This document shows positions 28,035-43,027 of a stretch of DNA of 64,000 nucleotides, piece by piece. The stretch comes from the human T2T-CHM13v2.0 reference genome, Homo sapiens, in assembly GCA_009914755.4 (NCBI GenBank), contig CP068257.2, positions 42,528,001-42,592,000 on the forward strand. The letters run 5' to 3'. Position 1 is the stretch's first letter. Every line of letters begins with the position of its first letter. Under the pieces are notes generated by a model, which saw only the letters and a list, made by a program, of their open reading frames with translations, searched no databases and was not told the DNA's origin. Position numbers and translations under genes: made by a program.

Positions 28035-31000
28035 TGACTGGTGTTTTCAGTTGTAGCCTGTCATGAAAAGAGATTGACACATTACATTTTTGATACTACC
28101 TTACGTTTTTCCTGGCCTTTTGTTTATTTTTTATTTATTTATTTTTTAGAGACAGTGTCTCACTGTGGACGTCCAGCCTCTGGAACTGTGAGAGGTACAT
28201 GTCTGTTATGTAGGCTGCCCAGGCTGTGGAACTGTGTCATAGTGGCCTGAGTGACTTAAGCACCTGCCTGTAGGCCAGGACTGTGGCTCCACAGCCCAGC
28301 TTCAAGCCTGGCCGACCAGGGGTTTGGCATGAAGACCCCGGCAGGGCTGGGGCTGTGCTGGAATCCACCCGGAAGTTTCCTGCCCCTTGGGCTGCCCACC
28401 AGGTCCCCTTTCTGCTCTGATCAAGCTGGACAAAACGTCGTGGGGCCACAGCACAGGGGGCCAACGCAAGCTGGGATCGTCAGACGTTAGGAAATCCCAA
28501 GGAAGAAGAGAAAGGGGACACATTCGGGAGACGTCGGCACACGCTCGAAGCAGCGGACAGGCACCTCTCTGTGGACAAGGCAGACTGGGCGGCCGAGATT
28601 CCGCATAGATGCCTGCTTCCTCCACGACCTCCACGTGTGGCTGGCCCAGTCCGGGTCCCCCTCACCTCCTCTGTCTGTCTTGGTGGCCTCACGCCGTGGG
28701 CTGTGATGCCGGCTACGCTGCTTGGGTGGCCAAGGGTCTGAGCTGCAAGACGCCCAGCCTGGGTCTCTCCCGAGCTCTCCCACGTCCTGTCTGCTCCTCC
28801 TCCGAGCTCCCGGTTGACTCTCACGACTGCACCAGCCTCTCCCCCAGGAAGGCGTGGAAACAACCTCCTTCTCCCAGGCCCGCTCTGCCTCCTGCGTTTC
28901 AAGGCAAATCCGTTCCTCCAGGAGATGATGCAACCACATCCTGTTGGAGCCCAGAGAAGTGCGGATGCAGCCCGGGGCTCTTTCTTTCCTAGAACCCTGC
29001 CTGGGAGTGGCTTCCCTGAACTAAGGACAGAGACTTTGTCTTCGTTGCCTCTCGGCCTGTGGGCACTGAGCATACAGTAGGTGCTCAGTAAATGCTTGCA
29101 GGCCGATGCCCAGAGCCATTAGCCCTCATCATGGTGAGCTCGGCAGCCGGTGTTGGGGCTGGGCTGGGCCTAGGTGTGCGTGGGGGCGGTGCTGGTCTGC
29201 TTTGCTGGGAGCCATGGACACCGGAGGAACAGGGCCCCATCAGTGCGGTCAGAGTGCAAACTCGGAGCGTCCTTCTCTGGAAAACGAATCGCAGTGGCCC
29301 CGATCTTTGGGGCTTTCTGTGTCCCCTGTGCATGGTTAGAGAAGAGAAAACATGCACTGGTTTCCTGAAAATCCCTAGGATTTCTTCAGAGGTCTCAGCT
29401 TCTGCCCACAGCCTCTGGGGAGCAGACCAGGAGCCCCGCAGCACGGGAGTCCCCAGACCCACCCTGACCACAGCCCAGGAATCCCGAAGCAGAGGCTCTG
29501 GGTCAGCTTCTGCAGACGCTGGAGAAGGCGGGAGGCTCAGGGCTGGGCCTCCAGGTGTAACCGCCTGATGGGCTCTTCCTGCCCCTGCACAGACAAAACC
29601 TCTTCACTGGGCCCAAGGCATTGCTATAAAGAGTTTAATAGACACCAGGCTGGCCATGCCACGTGGGAGATGGAGTTATTACTCAAATCAATCTCCCCCA
29701 AGAGACGGAGTTATTACTCAAATCAATCATCTCCCCCAAAATTCTCAGGCTCGGGTTTTTCAAGGATAGTTTGGCAGGCCAGGGAGTCTGCTTCTGGGTG
29801 GGGCCACAGGACCCGTTTGTGGCGGGCAGGGGGGTTGGTGTGTCCAAATCCAGGTGGAGCCATCATTGTCAGAAATGCAAAAACCTGAAAAGACACCTCA
29901 AAAGGCCGATCTTAGCGTCTACAATAGTGATTCATCCTCAGGAGTAATTGGGGAAGTTGCAAATTGTGTGACCTCCGGAATAATGGCTGTTACAATTTTT
30001 GCAAAGGCAGTTTCACAGGGATGAGGCCAGGACAGAGGGCACAGCCCGCTGGGACTCCAGGGCTGCCCCTGCACCCCCCATATCAGCTCAGAGAGGCCTG
30101 GTGTCCCCGCTGCCAGGGGTTGACACCCACTGGTACCCCCTGTGGAGCAGCTGTGGGCGGGGGCTCTGCAGGGAGGGTGTCGGGGGGGCCAGGTGAGCCA
30201 GCCCAGAGCCATGCCCGCACCTGCTGTGGGCCCTGGCCAGGGCAACCGCTGCCTCTTCCTTTGATGTCCCTACCCTATGCCCCTCTCTTCAGGCCTGTTC
30301 TGCCTGACCCCGCTACCTCCATCCGGCTGCCTTCCATGAGCAGCAGCTGCCTTCCCCCCACACCCTTCCTTGGTGGCCCCGCCCCTCTGATCTCCGTGAG
30401 CCAGGATCTCCCCCAGGATCCCTATTTCCCACGGGCTTTTGGCAATGGGCTGCTCACCCCCTCCTTCCCCTCCTCCTCATTCATCTGCCATCTGTGAAAT
30501 GTGGAGGAGGGGCCTGCCCTGTGCCAGGATCTGTGCCCTAGACACTTCCCCAGCCAGGCCCAAGGGCTGAGCGTGAGGCTGGCAGGTCTGCACTTGAGGT
30601 GGATGGTGAGGGTGCCCTCGCCCACCTGCAGCCATTGTCTGCTGAGTACCTGTGGTGCAGATGGGGATGGCTGCAGGGGGGTCTCAGCTCACGCAGTATT
30701 GCGGCCATGGGTGCTGGACATTGGTAGGTCTCTCTGAGCAGAGCCCGATGGAAGTGAGAAGGGCGTGCGTTAGGGGAGCATTTGGAGAGGGAGCCACGGG
30801 TACAGCTGCCCTGCAAGCTCCAGCGCCCATGGGAAAAAGGGACCGAGGGGGAGAGGGGAGGGGATAGGGGGAGGGGAAGGGGATGGGGCGTCGGTGGTTG
30901 CTTGGGCTCTTAGGGTGGGGGTGATGCCTGCAGTCTTGGTGTTGAAGGGAAGACCAGGGAAGAGGGAAGGCAGGAGGCCTGGGAGAGAAAGGGAAGAGCT

Positions 31001-31213
31001 GTTGGGTGCTGGCGGAGTGGAGCGGGCTCTTGCATCACTCCATCCCAGGCTCCACCCTGCCTGCACCTGGAGGCCTCCCTCACCTGGCTCCTCTGTGCTC
31101 CAGACCCCTCCCCTTTCCAGGTCCAGGATTCCCCCTGCCCAAACAGCACTGACCAGGCCCCCAGGGCCTGTGCCTGCAGCCCCCAGGGACGGGTGGGCGT
31201 AAAAAGATACAGC

Positions 31214-31513
31214 GGGCCAGGCGGCTCACGCCTGTAATCCCAGCACTTTGGGAGGCCAAGGCGGGTGGATCATGAGGTCAGGAGTTCAAGACCAGCCTGG
31301 CCAAGATGGTGAAACCCTGTCTCTACTAAAAATACAAAAAAATTAGCTGGCGTGGTGGCCTGTGCCTGTAATCCCAGCTACTCCGGAGGCTGAGGCAGAG
31401 AATTGCTTAAACCTGCAGGGGTGGAGGTTGCAGGGAGCCGAGACCGCACCACTGCACTCCAGCCTGGGCGACAGACCAAGACTCCGTCTCAAAAAAAAAA
31501 AAAACAAAAAAAC
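31214..31513 (+). mobile_element. Alu (full length)
   Basis: It runs from gggccaggcggctcacgcctgtaatcccagcactttgggaggccaaggcgggtggatcatgaggtcagg to …gactccgtctcaaaaaaaaaaaaaacaaaaaaa. Confidence 0.95.
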
Positions 31514-31815
31514 ACAGCGGCCATTCTGGGAGCCTTGGAATGACCCTGAGAAGTGAGTGTGAGCATGTCTGGAACACGCAGCCGAGCCTGAAGGAGGACT
31601 GGGTGCCTGCAGTGGGAGCCATCTCCCTTCTGGGTTTTCTGATTTTAGCCTCGCGCTGCCTTTGAGCGATTTTCCAATCTGTACATTACAGATAACAGAG
31701 AGCAATGCAGATAACTCTTGCTTATAGCCACGTGTAGTGGGTTGACAGTGGCCCCCAAAAGCTATGTGTAAGTCCCGACCCTCATGCCTATGGGGTTGAG
31801 CTTATTTGGAAATAG

Positions 31816-32178
<363 letters not shown>

Positions 32179-34802
32179 TAAGGCTCTTGAGACGAGGTCA
32201 TCCTGGGTTATGCAGATGGACCCTGAATCCGACACTAGCACCCGTGTGGAAGGAACGAGAGGGAGATTTGGGGTCCGCAGAGGCAAACCACAGGAGGACG
32301 GAGTCGGAGACTGGAGCACCGCGGCCTTGATCGGGGGACACCAGGGCTGCCGGCTGTGCCAGAAGGGGCTGAGGCTGGACCGGATTCTCTCCGAGTTCCC
32401 AGAAGGAGCCAGTCCTGCCGACGCCTTGATGCTGGACTCTGGCCTCCAGAAATGTGCGAGGACAAACATCTGCGGTTTCTAGGCCCCGCCTGTGGTCCTC
32501 TGTTGCAGCAGCCTGGACAGTCTGGACTGCCTGGACAGCATGCAGATGGGCTCTGCCCGCGGCTGCCCACGAGTTCCCACCGCCCGCCCGTCCGTGGGAG
32601 AGCCAGTCCTCGTATGTGAAGCGTACCTGTATCCCTTTACTCCGCGTACACAGGTGCCTTTGTCACTTCTCCTTTGACCTGGCTGGCACATCTTACCGGT
32701 TTCTGCGCTAACAATGAGTTGAAGGAAATCTTGAACGCGCGTTCATTTTATATCGGTATCAGAGTCTGTTTATTTCTTGTTGACACTAATCTTTGAGCAT
32801 GAGTAGTTTAGTGATTGTGAAACAGAAACTTCTGGATACAAAATCAGTCTCCTGGCTGTGACCCAATCATCTTCGCAGTTCTGATTACCTGTGATTAAGA
32901 AAATAAATAAGAACACCCATTGGGGGAAGGCTTCCCTCCCCCGGGCACAGCAGCTTTAAAACCGAAAGGGAAGTGGGTGCTGTGAGCAGCTCTGTTCAGG
33001 CCTAAGGCCACGCATGTGTGCCCCGTGGGGGAGACATGCACCAGCGAATCAGGAAACAGTGGTGACAGCCGTTCCGGGAGGCTGACTGGGGGTGCAGGGG
33101 TCACTTTTCTAATGTGGGTGGGTCTGTGTCCCCTGCAGGAACGTGGCTGCAGCAAAGCCGGTCAGCCAGCGGTCAGCTCCAGCCCCTGTCCAGGCCCTGT
33201 GGGTCCTGCTGACCAGGCTGCGGTTGTTCCCAAACCAGTTCCCAGCCCCCGCTTGCCCTACTTCCTCTCACACCAGCTCCTTCCACCCCCTCACACCCAC
33301 CTGCAGGCTCCCAGCCCAGGCTACTGACATCAATCATGGCAATCGCTATTCCAGAGGTATACGCGGTGGGTGGGGTCCGGTATCGCCTGCCATGCCTCAC
33401 TCACCGGGCACCCAGATAACCTGAGGCCAGGGAGCAGCCACTCGCCCTGACCCATGCTCCCCGGGCCCCTGAGGCACCCAGGAGGACCACCCGGCCGCTT
33501 CTGCTCAGAGCCCAGCACCCCCGAGTCTGTGAAGAGGTCACATCTGACCACGTTTCCAGGTGGCTGCCCAGGCGTGGGTTCATGGCCGCTTCCGGTTTCC
33601 TCCTCGAGCTGAACCACACACCTGCTCTGTCCCGGGCTTTCTGGAGGGGTTTTCCGAAGTGAGACTGTGGGCTCCCTCCAGGGCTGGGGGCAGGAGGACA
33701 CACGGGGAAGGTGGGCAAGCAGCCCCAGGCTGAGGGAGGCCTCCCCTCTGCAGCGTTTGTTCATTCATTTGTTCATCGCTAACACTGTCTTGGGCTTCAG
33801 GGAAAACAGGTGTCTCTGGTCCACATGCAGAAGAGCCACCACCGTGGCACGACTGGATGACTCAGACCCCGGGCGGGGGGTATGATTTGGACACAGTCAT
33901 TGTCCAGGGACACAACTTTGCCTGGACCAGAGCTTCTCACCCCCAGGCCATTTGAAACCCCAGGGGATACTCGACAAAGTCCAGAGACATTTTGGGTTGT
34001 TCCTTTCCAGCCCCGGCGATGGTGGGGACGTGTCCATGTCTGTGTCCCTCCGGTCACTCTCTCTGGCCCTCTCCCTCCCTGGGGGCAGCTGCTCTCAGCC
34101 CTCCCTGCCCCCACATCGCCATCCTGCCTGTCCTTCTGGGCCTGCACGTTTGTTGTGTTTGGAAGGAGCCACCAAGGAGGAGGATGTCAACGTGCAAGTT
34201 CTCAGGGAAGCAGGCCCCGCAGCCTCCGTCAGTGTCTTCCGTCCGCAGGAAGAACCCAGGCCTGGGTGATTCATCGGGGCCTCAGGGCCGGGAGGCACTA
34301 AATCTTCTGCAGATGTGGTAAGATCCTATCACAGCAGAAAGGGAAGGGCTAGAGTCTCAGGGAAGGTTTTGCTAGGGAGACGGGCTTGGAGGGGGCTGAG
34401 GCTCATGGGAGCTGCAAGGGTACAGGAGGGGAGGGGACCCCAGGGCAGGTGGATGGACACCTGGGTGGGTAAGAAAAGGGCCTCTCAGAGGGCAAGGGAG
34501 GGCCAGGGAGGGAGCAGTGAGCCCTGACTGACTGTACAAGCTTAACTGGCTGCCCTTGTCCTGCAGGTGGTGTGGGCTGTGTGGATTTCGGATGTGGGCC
34601 CATAACATAGCCACATTGCTGCAAAGCAAGTGAGTCTGAGGCAAGAAGAAGGCCCAACCTTGGGAGGCTGACCTGGAGGGCAGGCAGAGGCAGGTGGTAA
34701 GGACCTGCCTTACCTGTTGAGGTGACAGTGGGGGACATATTGCAAGGAAGGAGGCCCTGGATCCTCAGGATGTGGATGGTGGGTAGAAGGGTGACAGCTA
34801 AT

Positions 34803-35260
34803 GGATGTCCACCTGCACAGATGCCCACCTGCATGAGTGCCCACCTGCATGAGTGCCCACTTGTACCAATGTCCACCTGTACAGATGTCCACATGCAAAT
34901 GCCCATCTGCACTGATATCCACCTGCACAGATGCCTACCTGCATGAATACCCACTTGCCTGAAAGCCCACCTGCACCCATGTCCACTGGCACAAATGCCC
35001 ACCTGCACCCATGTCCACTGGCACAAATGCCCACCTGCACAGAAGCCCACCCACACAAATGCCCACCTGCAAAAATGTCCGCCTGCACAGATGTCCACCT
35101 GCATGAATGCCCACCTGTGTCCACATGCACGAATACCCACCTGCACAGATGCCCACCTGCACGGATGCCCACCTGTACAAAGGCCTACCTGCGTGAATGT
35201 CCACCTGCATGGATGCCCACCCGCACGGATGCCCACCTGCACAGTTATCCATCTGAACAG
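34803..35260. repeat. Tandem repeat of ~460 bp with a degenerate 16-bp unit (gcccacctgcacagat)n, ~28 copies
   Basis: The stretch reads gtccacctgcacagatgcccacctgcatgagtgcccacctgcatgagtgcccacttgtaccaatgtccacctgtacagat… It explains ORFs 34403..35287(-) and 34931..35356(+). Confidence 0.92.
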
Positions 35261-36419
35261 CCCTCTGGTGCCTCCTTTTGCTTGCACATGTTCAAATCCT
35301 CCCAGTCCTACAGTCGATTGTTCCTAGTTGGGGTCTTTCTGGGCATGTTATTCTAAAACTTGTTTTTTCCCGTCTCCACATCAAAGGAGAAAGGTCTAGC
35401 TTGCTTCTTTGCTATAGAGCAGGGCCTGAGTGAGGTCAGGACCACAGAGCAGACCCTATGAGTGTTGGTCAGGACACAGAGCAGGACCCCTTCAGGGTCT
35501 GGAAGAGGGTTCCCCAAGCTCCTGTTCAACCTGAGTGAGAGGCTCAGGCTGCCCCCAACACACTGCACAGAAAAATGGGCCATTGATTCAGAGCCACCCA
35601 CGCTAACAGCAGTTCAGCTGCAGCCCTCCGGCAGGCAGGTCCTGGGAACACTAGGAACCTGAGACCCTGTCCCTTCCTGATAGCGGGGTGTGGTGACATG
35701 AGGAGAGACTGGGTACCTCCATTCTGCTCATGAAAGTCACAGAGGGGACCGGGGACCCCAGGCCCCTAGCGATACCAGCACCCCACACAATGCCTTTCTG
35801 GGATACACCCCCCCAACACGGCCTGCCCAAGGCATCAGGAGCTGTGTAGAGGAGTCAGCTGGGGGTGGCAGAGCCCCAGGGAACAATCATGGGTCGCTGG
35901 CAGATGAGCCATGCGCCCACACAGCACAGGCCCTCACCCCTGCAGCTGGGGGAGCCCTCCTTGGGAGCGGGCCCAGGATCCGGGCAAAATGACACAGACC
36001 GGATCCAGGAGCAGACTGAGCAAAAGTGGCAAAAGTATTCTCCAGGTTAAGGGAATATTTTCACCAATTGAGAGACCAGCTGTCCCTCCAGACCCAAGGG
36101 TTCCACATCCCTGGAGGCAACCAAGCCAGATGCAAAATATTTGAAAAAGAAAAATGAAAAAAAGAACAATACAGCAATAAAAAAGAACACAAATAAAAAA
36201 TACAGTATAGCTATTGACAGAGCATTGTGTTGTGTTAGGTCTGATAAGTGATCTAGCAATGGTTTGCAGGATGCAGGAAGATGTGCGGGAGGGTGGGCAC
36301 AGGTGCTAGGCAGACACTGCGCCATTTTATTCTGGGGACTTCAGTATCTGCAGGGGTCCTGGGACTAATCCTCAAAGGATACCGAGGGACAACTTGATGT
36401 TATTATTTTATTTTATTTT

Positions 36420-36534
36420 AAAGACATGTCTTGCTATATTGCTCAGGCTGGTCTCAAACTCCTGGGCTCAAGTGATCCTCCTGCCTCTGCCTCCTGAGTA
36501 GCTGGGACTACAGGCATGAGCCACCATGCCTGAC
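36420..36534 (-). mobile_element. Alu left monomer (FLAM-like)
   Basis: The segment reads …gtcttgctatattgctcaggctggtctcaaactcctgggctcaagtgatcctcctgcctctgcctcctgagtagctgggactacaggcatgagccaccatgcctgac. Confidence 0.85.
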
Positions 36535-36862
36535 TTATGTTATGATTTTAAAAAGTAATCCATCAACCTGAAGAGAAGCCCACTGTCCTTCACCTTTGGA
36601 AGTTCCTACCCACCATGGGTAAGATTTCTGCATGGAGAGGCCCTGCTCCCCCAACCTCTCTCTTGAGTCCCCTGCTCAGCTGGCATTCCCCACCCACTGT
36701 GGAAGAACATTCTGGGTTTCTCCGTCAGCCCCAGGCCCACCCCTTGGGGAGATGACTGGTGACTTACATGTGTCTGTCTCTCCAGCTAGGCATGGTGCCA
36801 CAGCAGGGGGTGTGAATACTGCGGGCCACACATTCCCGGCACCCAGGACAGGAGCAAACAAA

Positions 36863-37495
36863 AGGATAGATGGTTGGCTGGCTGGATGGATGAATGGAGG
36901 GAAGGAGGGAGGGATACAGGAATGGAGGGATGGAGGGATGGAGGGAGGGATGACGGAGGGAGGGATGGGTGGGTGGGAGGGATGGATAGATGGAAGGATG
37001 GAAGGAGGAGGGATGGATGGATGAAGGGAGGGAGGAATGGATGAATGGAGGGAGGGAGAGAGGGAGGGATGGACAAGAGGTAGGGAAGGATGGACGGGAG
37101 GGAAGAATGGAGGGATAGAAGGATGGAGGGAGGGAGGAATGGATGGATGGAGGGAGGGATGGATGGATGGAGGTAGGGAGGGAGGAATGGATGGATGGAT
37201 GGAGGGATGGATGGATGGAGGTAGGGAGGGAGGGATGGATGGATGGAGGTAGGGAAGGAGGAATGGATGGATGGATGGAGGGATGGATGGATGGAGGTAG
37301 GGAGCTAGGGATGGATGGATGGAGGGAGGGAGGGGGTGGATGGGAGGGAGGGATGGATGGATGGAGGGAGGGAGGGAGGGATGGACAGGAGGGAAGGATG
37401 GATGGATGGAGAGATGAGGGATGGATGGATGGAGGGATGGATGGATAGATGAAGGGAAGGAGGGAGGGAGGGAGGGATGAATGGATGGAAGGATA
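36863..37495. repeat. Purine-rich simple repeat (GGAT)n/(GGGA)n/(GGATGGATGGAGGGAGGGA)n, ~630 bp
   Basis: The stretch reads …ggatggatggagggagggatggatggatggaggtagggagggagg… and is a strong strand-asymmetric purine run. Confidence 0.95.
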
Positions 37496-37705
37496 CAGGA
37501 CACAAGGTCATAGGTTTGACAAATGTCACCTCCTCAGAAGCCTCCCTAACACTCACAGTTTGATAAGTCCCCTGTTTGATTCTCTCCCAGAGCCCAGGTC
37601 ACTCCAACACTGTCTGGTTTACCTGCCTTCTGCATGGCTTGCCCTCTGTCTCCAATTCCTGGAACAGGTCCCACCACCTGACACCTGACATCTGTCAGGG
37701 ACACA

Positions 37706-38467
37706 TGAATGTGGAATGGATGGATGGATGCCTGTGAATGAATGTGGGATGAGTGAAAAGTGAGTGAATATGGGATGAATGAATGAGCTAGTGAATGTGT
37801 GATGAATGTGTGAGTGAGAGAATGTGGGCTGAGTGAATGTGGGACGAATGAGTGAGTGAATGTGTGATGAATGTGTGAGTAAGTGAATGTGGGCTGAGTG
37901 AATGTGGGATGAATGAGTGAGTGAATGTGGGCCGAAAGAGTGAGTGAGTGAATGTGGGATGGATGAGTGAGTGAATGTGAGATGAATGGATGAGTGGGTG
38001 GGTGAATGTGGGATGAATGGGTGCGTGAATGTGGGATGAATGAATGAATGAGTGAATTTTGGATGAATGAGTGAGTGAATGTGGGATGAATGAATGAGTG
38101 AGTGACTGGGCTGAATGGTTGAGTGAATGTGGGATGAATGAATGAGTGAGTGACTGAAATGAATGGGTGAGTGAATGTGGGACGAATGAATGAGTGAGTG
38201 AATGTGGGATGAATTAATGAGTGAGTGAATGTGGGCTGAATGAACGAGTGACTGAATGTGTGATGAATGAGGGAATGTGTGTTGAAGGAATGACTGAATG
38301 TGAGATGAATGAATGAGTGGGTGAATGTGGGATGAATGAGTGAGTGAATGTGGGATGAATGAATGAATGTGTGATTTGGGATGAATGAATGAGTGAATGT
38401 GGCATGAATGAATGAGTGAGTGAATGTGGGATGAATGAGTGAGTGAATGTGGGATGAATGAATGAAT
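37706..38467. repeat. Minisatellite of ~760 bp with a ~22-23-bp unit (gaatgtgggatgaatgagtgagt)n, ~33 copies
   Basis: Tandem periodicity is visible by eye. It explains the artefactual ORF 37619..38482(-) (HSLIHSSHIHS…). Confidence 0.95.
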
Positions 38468-38989
38468 ACAAAGCCCCCCCACCCCCCAGGTGCTTCAGCA
38501 GAACAGTTTCATGGGAAAGGAGATGTCCTGGACCCTGGGCCTCATGAAGCCAACCTTGGGGCTTCAGCTGAGAGTGTTAAAAATAGAGACCGTTAAAAAA
38601 TTTTTTTTTAAAACAAACGAACGGAAATTCCCTTTATCAAAAGGAGTCACTGTCATTGAATTCAGAAAAGTTACATGTTCAGGAGCTGAGGGCCTTTTCT
38701 TGAAAATATAACACACCTCTCTGGGGGCTTCCCTGGGGACAGCCCGGGAGTGAGGCCAGCTGCTCGGGGAAGCTGAGGCTGACATGGGGGTCTGTGTCCA
38801 GGGTGGGTGGGGCCTTTGGAAAACAGTCATCCAACAGTCACTAAGAAAGACACTGACAATTCATTCATGGATTTTGCAAATAAACCATGGGCCCCACATA
38901 AAGGATTGTTATTTAAGGAAAATGCCCTTGGCCAATTTGTCCTGAGGATTTTTTGGACAAAACAGCATTTGTCAGCGTGGAACTTCTCA

Positions 38990-39329
<340 letters not shown>

Positions 39330-39974
39330 TTTGGAGAAGGTTGTGGGCTCAGGGCTGGCCATGGGAGAGCAAGGAGTGGTAGGTGCGGCTAAGCAGGTGC
39401 TCCAAACAAAACACACCCCAAGCGCAGCCCTGATTTTAGAGTTCACAGTTTCTGTCGTGTAAATGCTCCATACTCCTGCTGTGGCCATTTGTAAGCTTCC
39501 AGCTAGTTCTCAACTAGCTGCAAAATTCTTGAATATTTAGTAATGGTTTCCACACCTGGGGCCCTGGGCAGGGCTGCACCAAGGTGAGGCCTGGGGAAGA
39601 CCCTCATGCTCCAGCAAGTGCAGCGTTGGCCCCAGGGGTGAGCATACCCCACGTTTTCCTCCCTGGCTTCCCAGATTGTCTCCCCTCACCCATTCTGGTG
39701 GTGGCCAACGTGGCTATTGCCATGGATCACAACCCCTGGCCAGACCATCCCATCCCCCTGGGCCTCTGGCTCCTTTCAGTAAAATCACGGTGGGACCCTG
39801 TCTGTCGCCATAAGACTGCTCCTGTGAGGTAACTGTTGGTCACTTCCTTTGGCCTGCCATTTGCACAGCACAGTGGTTCTTCTGAGTGAGTATAAGCTGG
39901 CTGCATGTTAGATGTACCTGGGTCCCACCCCACTGTCAGAGGTATTTGAACCAGAGTGACTCCATCTTAAATAG

Positions 39975-40712
<738 letters not shown>

Positions 40713-40796
40713 TAGCATGCTAAGAGACACTCTCACCAGCACCACGACAGTTTATAAATGCCATGGCAACATCAGGAAGTTACCCTATATTGTCTA

Positions 40797-41131
<335 letters not shown>

Positions 41132-41507
41132 TCAGTTTCAGGAATTGCCCACCCCTTTCCCGGAAAGCTCATGAATAATTTACCCCTTGTTTAGCATATA
41201 ATCAATAAATAACCGTAAAAATAGCCAACCAGCAGCCCATACTTCTGCTCTGCCTATGGAGTGGCCATTTTTCTTATTCCTTTACTTTCTTAATAAACTT
41301 GCTTTCACTTTATAAAATCGTCCCAAATTCTTTCTGGAAGGAGGTCCAAGTACCGTCTTGGGGTCTGGATTGGGATCCCTTTGTGGTAAAACAACCCTTC
41401 CGTAACTGCTGTTAATGGGAAAAAACAGACTCTAGAACATTTTACAGAGGTTTATTCTGAGCCTGTACATGTGACTGTGGCCTGGAGAGAAGCAAACCCA
41501 GGAAGCC

Positions 41508-41650
41508 TTGAGTGAGTCGCCCCGAGGCGGCCGGGTTACAGCTTGACTGAGTGGCCCCGAGGCGGCCGGGTTACAGCTTGACTGAGTGGTCCCGAGGCGG
41601 CCGGGTTACAGCTTGACTGAGTGGCCCCGAGGCGGCCGGGTTACAGTTTG
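41508..41650. repeat. Tandem repeat with a 35-bp unit (gactgagtggccccgaggcggccgggttacagctt), 4 copies, adjacent to the 3' end of the LTR12
   Basis: Four head-to-tail copies carry 1-2 substitutions each. Confidence 0.92.
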
Positions 41651-41769
41651 GTTTTACTCATTTCAGGAAGACACAAGTTACAGGCCAAGACATAAATCAG
41701 AATGTGGAAGGTGCACACTGATTTGGCCTGAAAGGCAGGAGATCTTGGAGCGGGGTTTACAGGTCATAG

Positions 41770-42111
<342 letters not shown>

Positions 42112-42694
42112 TGATTGAAAGCGTGAAGCTTTGTCTACAGAGGTGAAGTCAGCTGGAAGGAAGGCTGGAATTAAGATGAGGGGTGTGGGGGCCGAGGCCC
42201 TTGGTTTGCAGATGAAGCCTTGTAGATTGCAGCCCTCAGAGAGAATAGATGGCAAATGTCCCTTTTCAGACCTTAAAGGTGTCAGGCCCTCAGTTAATCT
42301 CTCCTAGGTCTGGAAAGTACTAGAAGAGGAAGTCCTGGCTGCATTCGTGGAGATTCTCTATGGGTGCTAGTTTCTCTGAGAAAGGATGGTTCTGTGGGAC
42401 CCTTTCAAAATATGTCAAAGAAATATATTTTAAGGCAAAATATTCTCATTTCCTTCAGAGTCTGCTATCCGTCACGTGATGCTATACCAGAGTCAGGCTG
42501 GAATTTGGTGTCTTATTGCCACACAGAGTGTGTTCCATCCGTCTTAGGATCCTGATTTTAATGTCAGGGCTGGCCAGCTGTGCCTCAACTCTGAAAGGGA
42601 GGGTTGTGGCTGTAACCAGCAAAGGTCTGGCTGCTCACCGCTTAAAAAGAAGCCACGATGACAAGAGTGGGGCGTGATAGAAAGAGAGTGAGCT

Positions 42695-43027
<333 letters not shown>

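Noticed and set aside
34403-35356. A 294-aa ORF on the minus strand, with overlapping plus-strand ORFs, rich in CRWA/HLH motifs
   Set aside because: It is a translation of the 16-bp (gcccacctgcacagat)n repeat. Periodic sequence without stops is not coding.
36676-38482. ORFs of 275 and 287 aa on the minus strand (…SIHPSLPPS…, …HSLIHSSHIHS…)
   Set aside because: They are translations of the (GGAT/GGGA)n and 23-bp (GAATGTGGGATGAATGAGTGAGT)n tandem arrays and are low-complexity artefacts.
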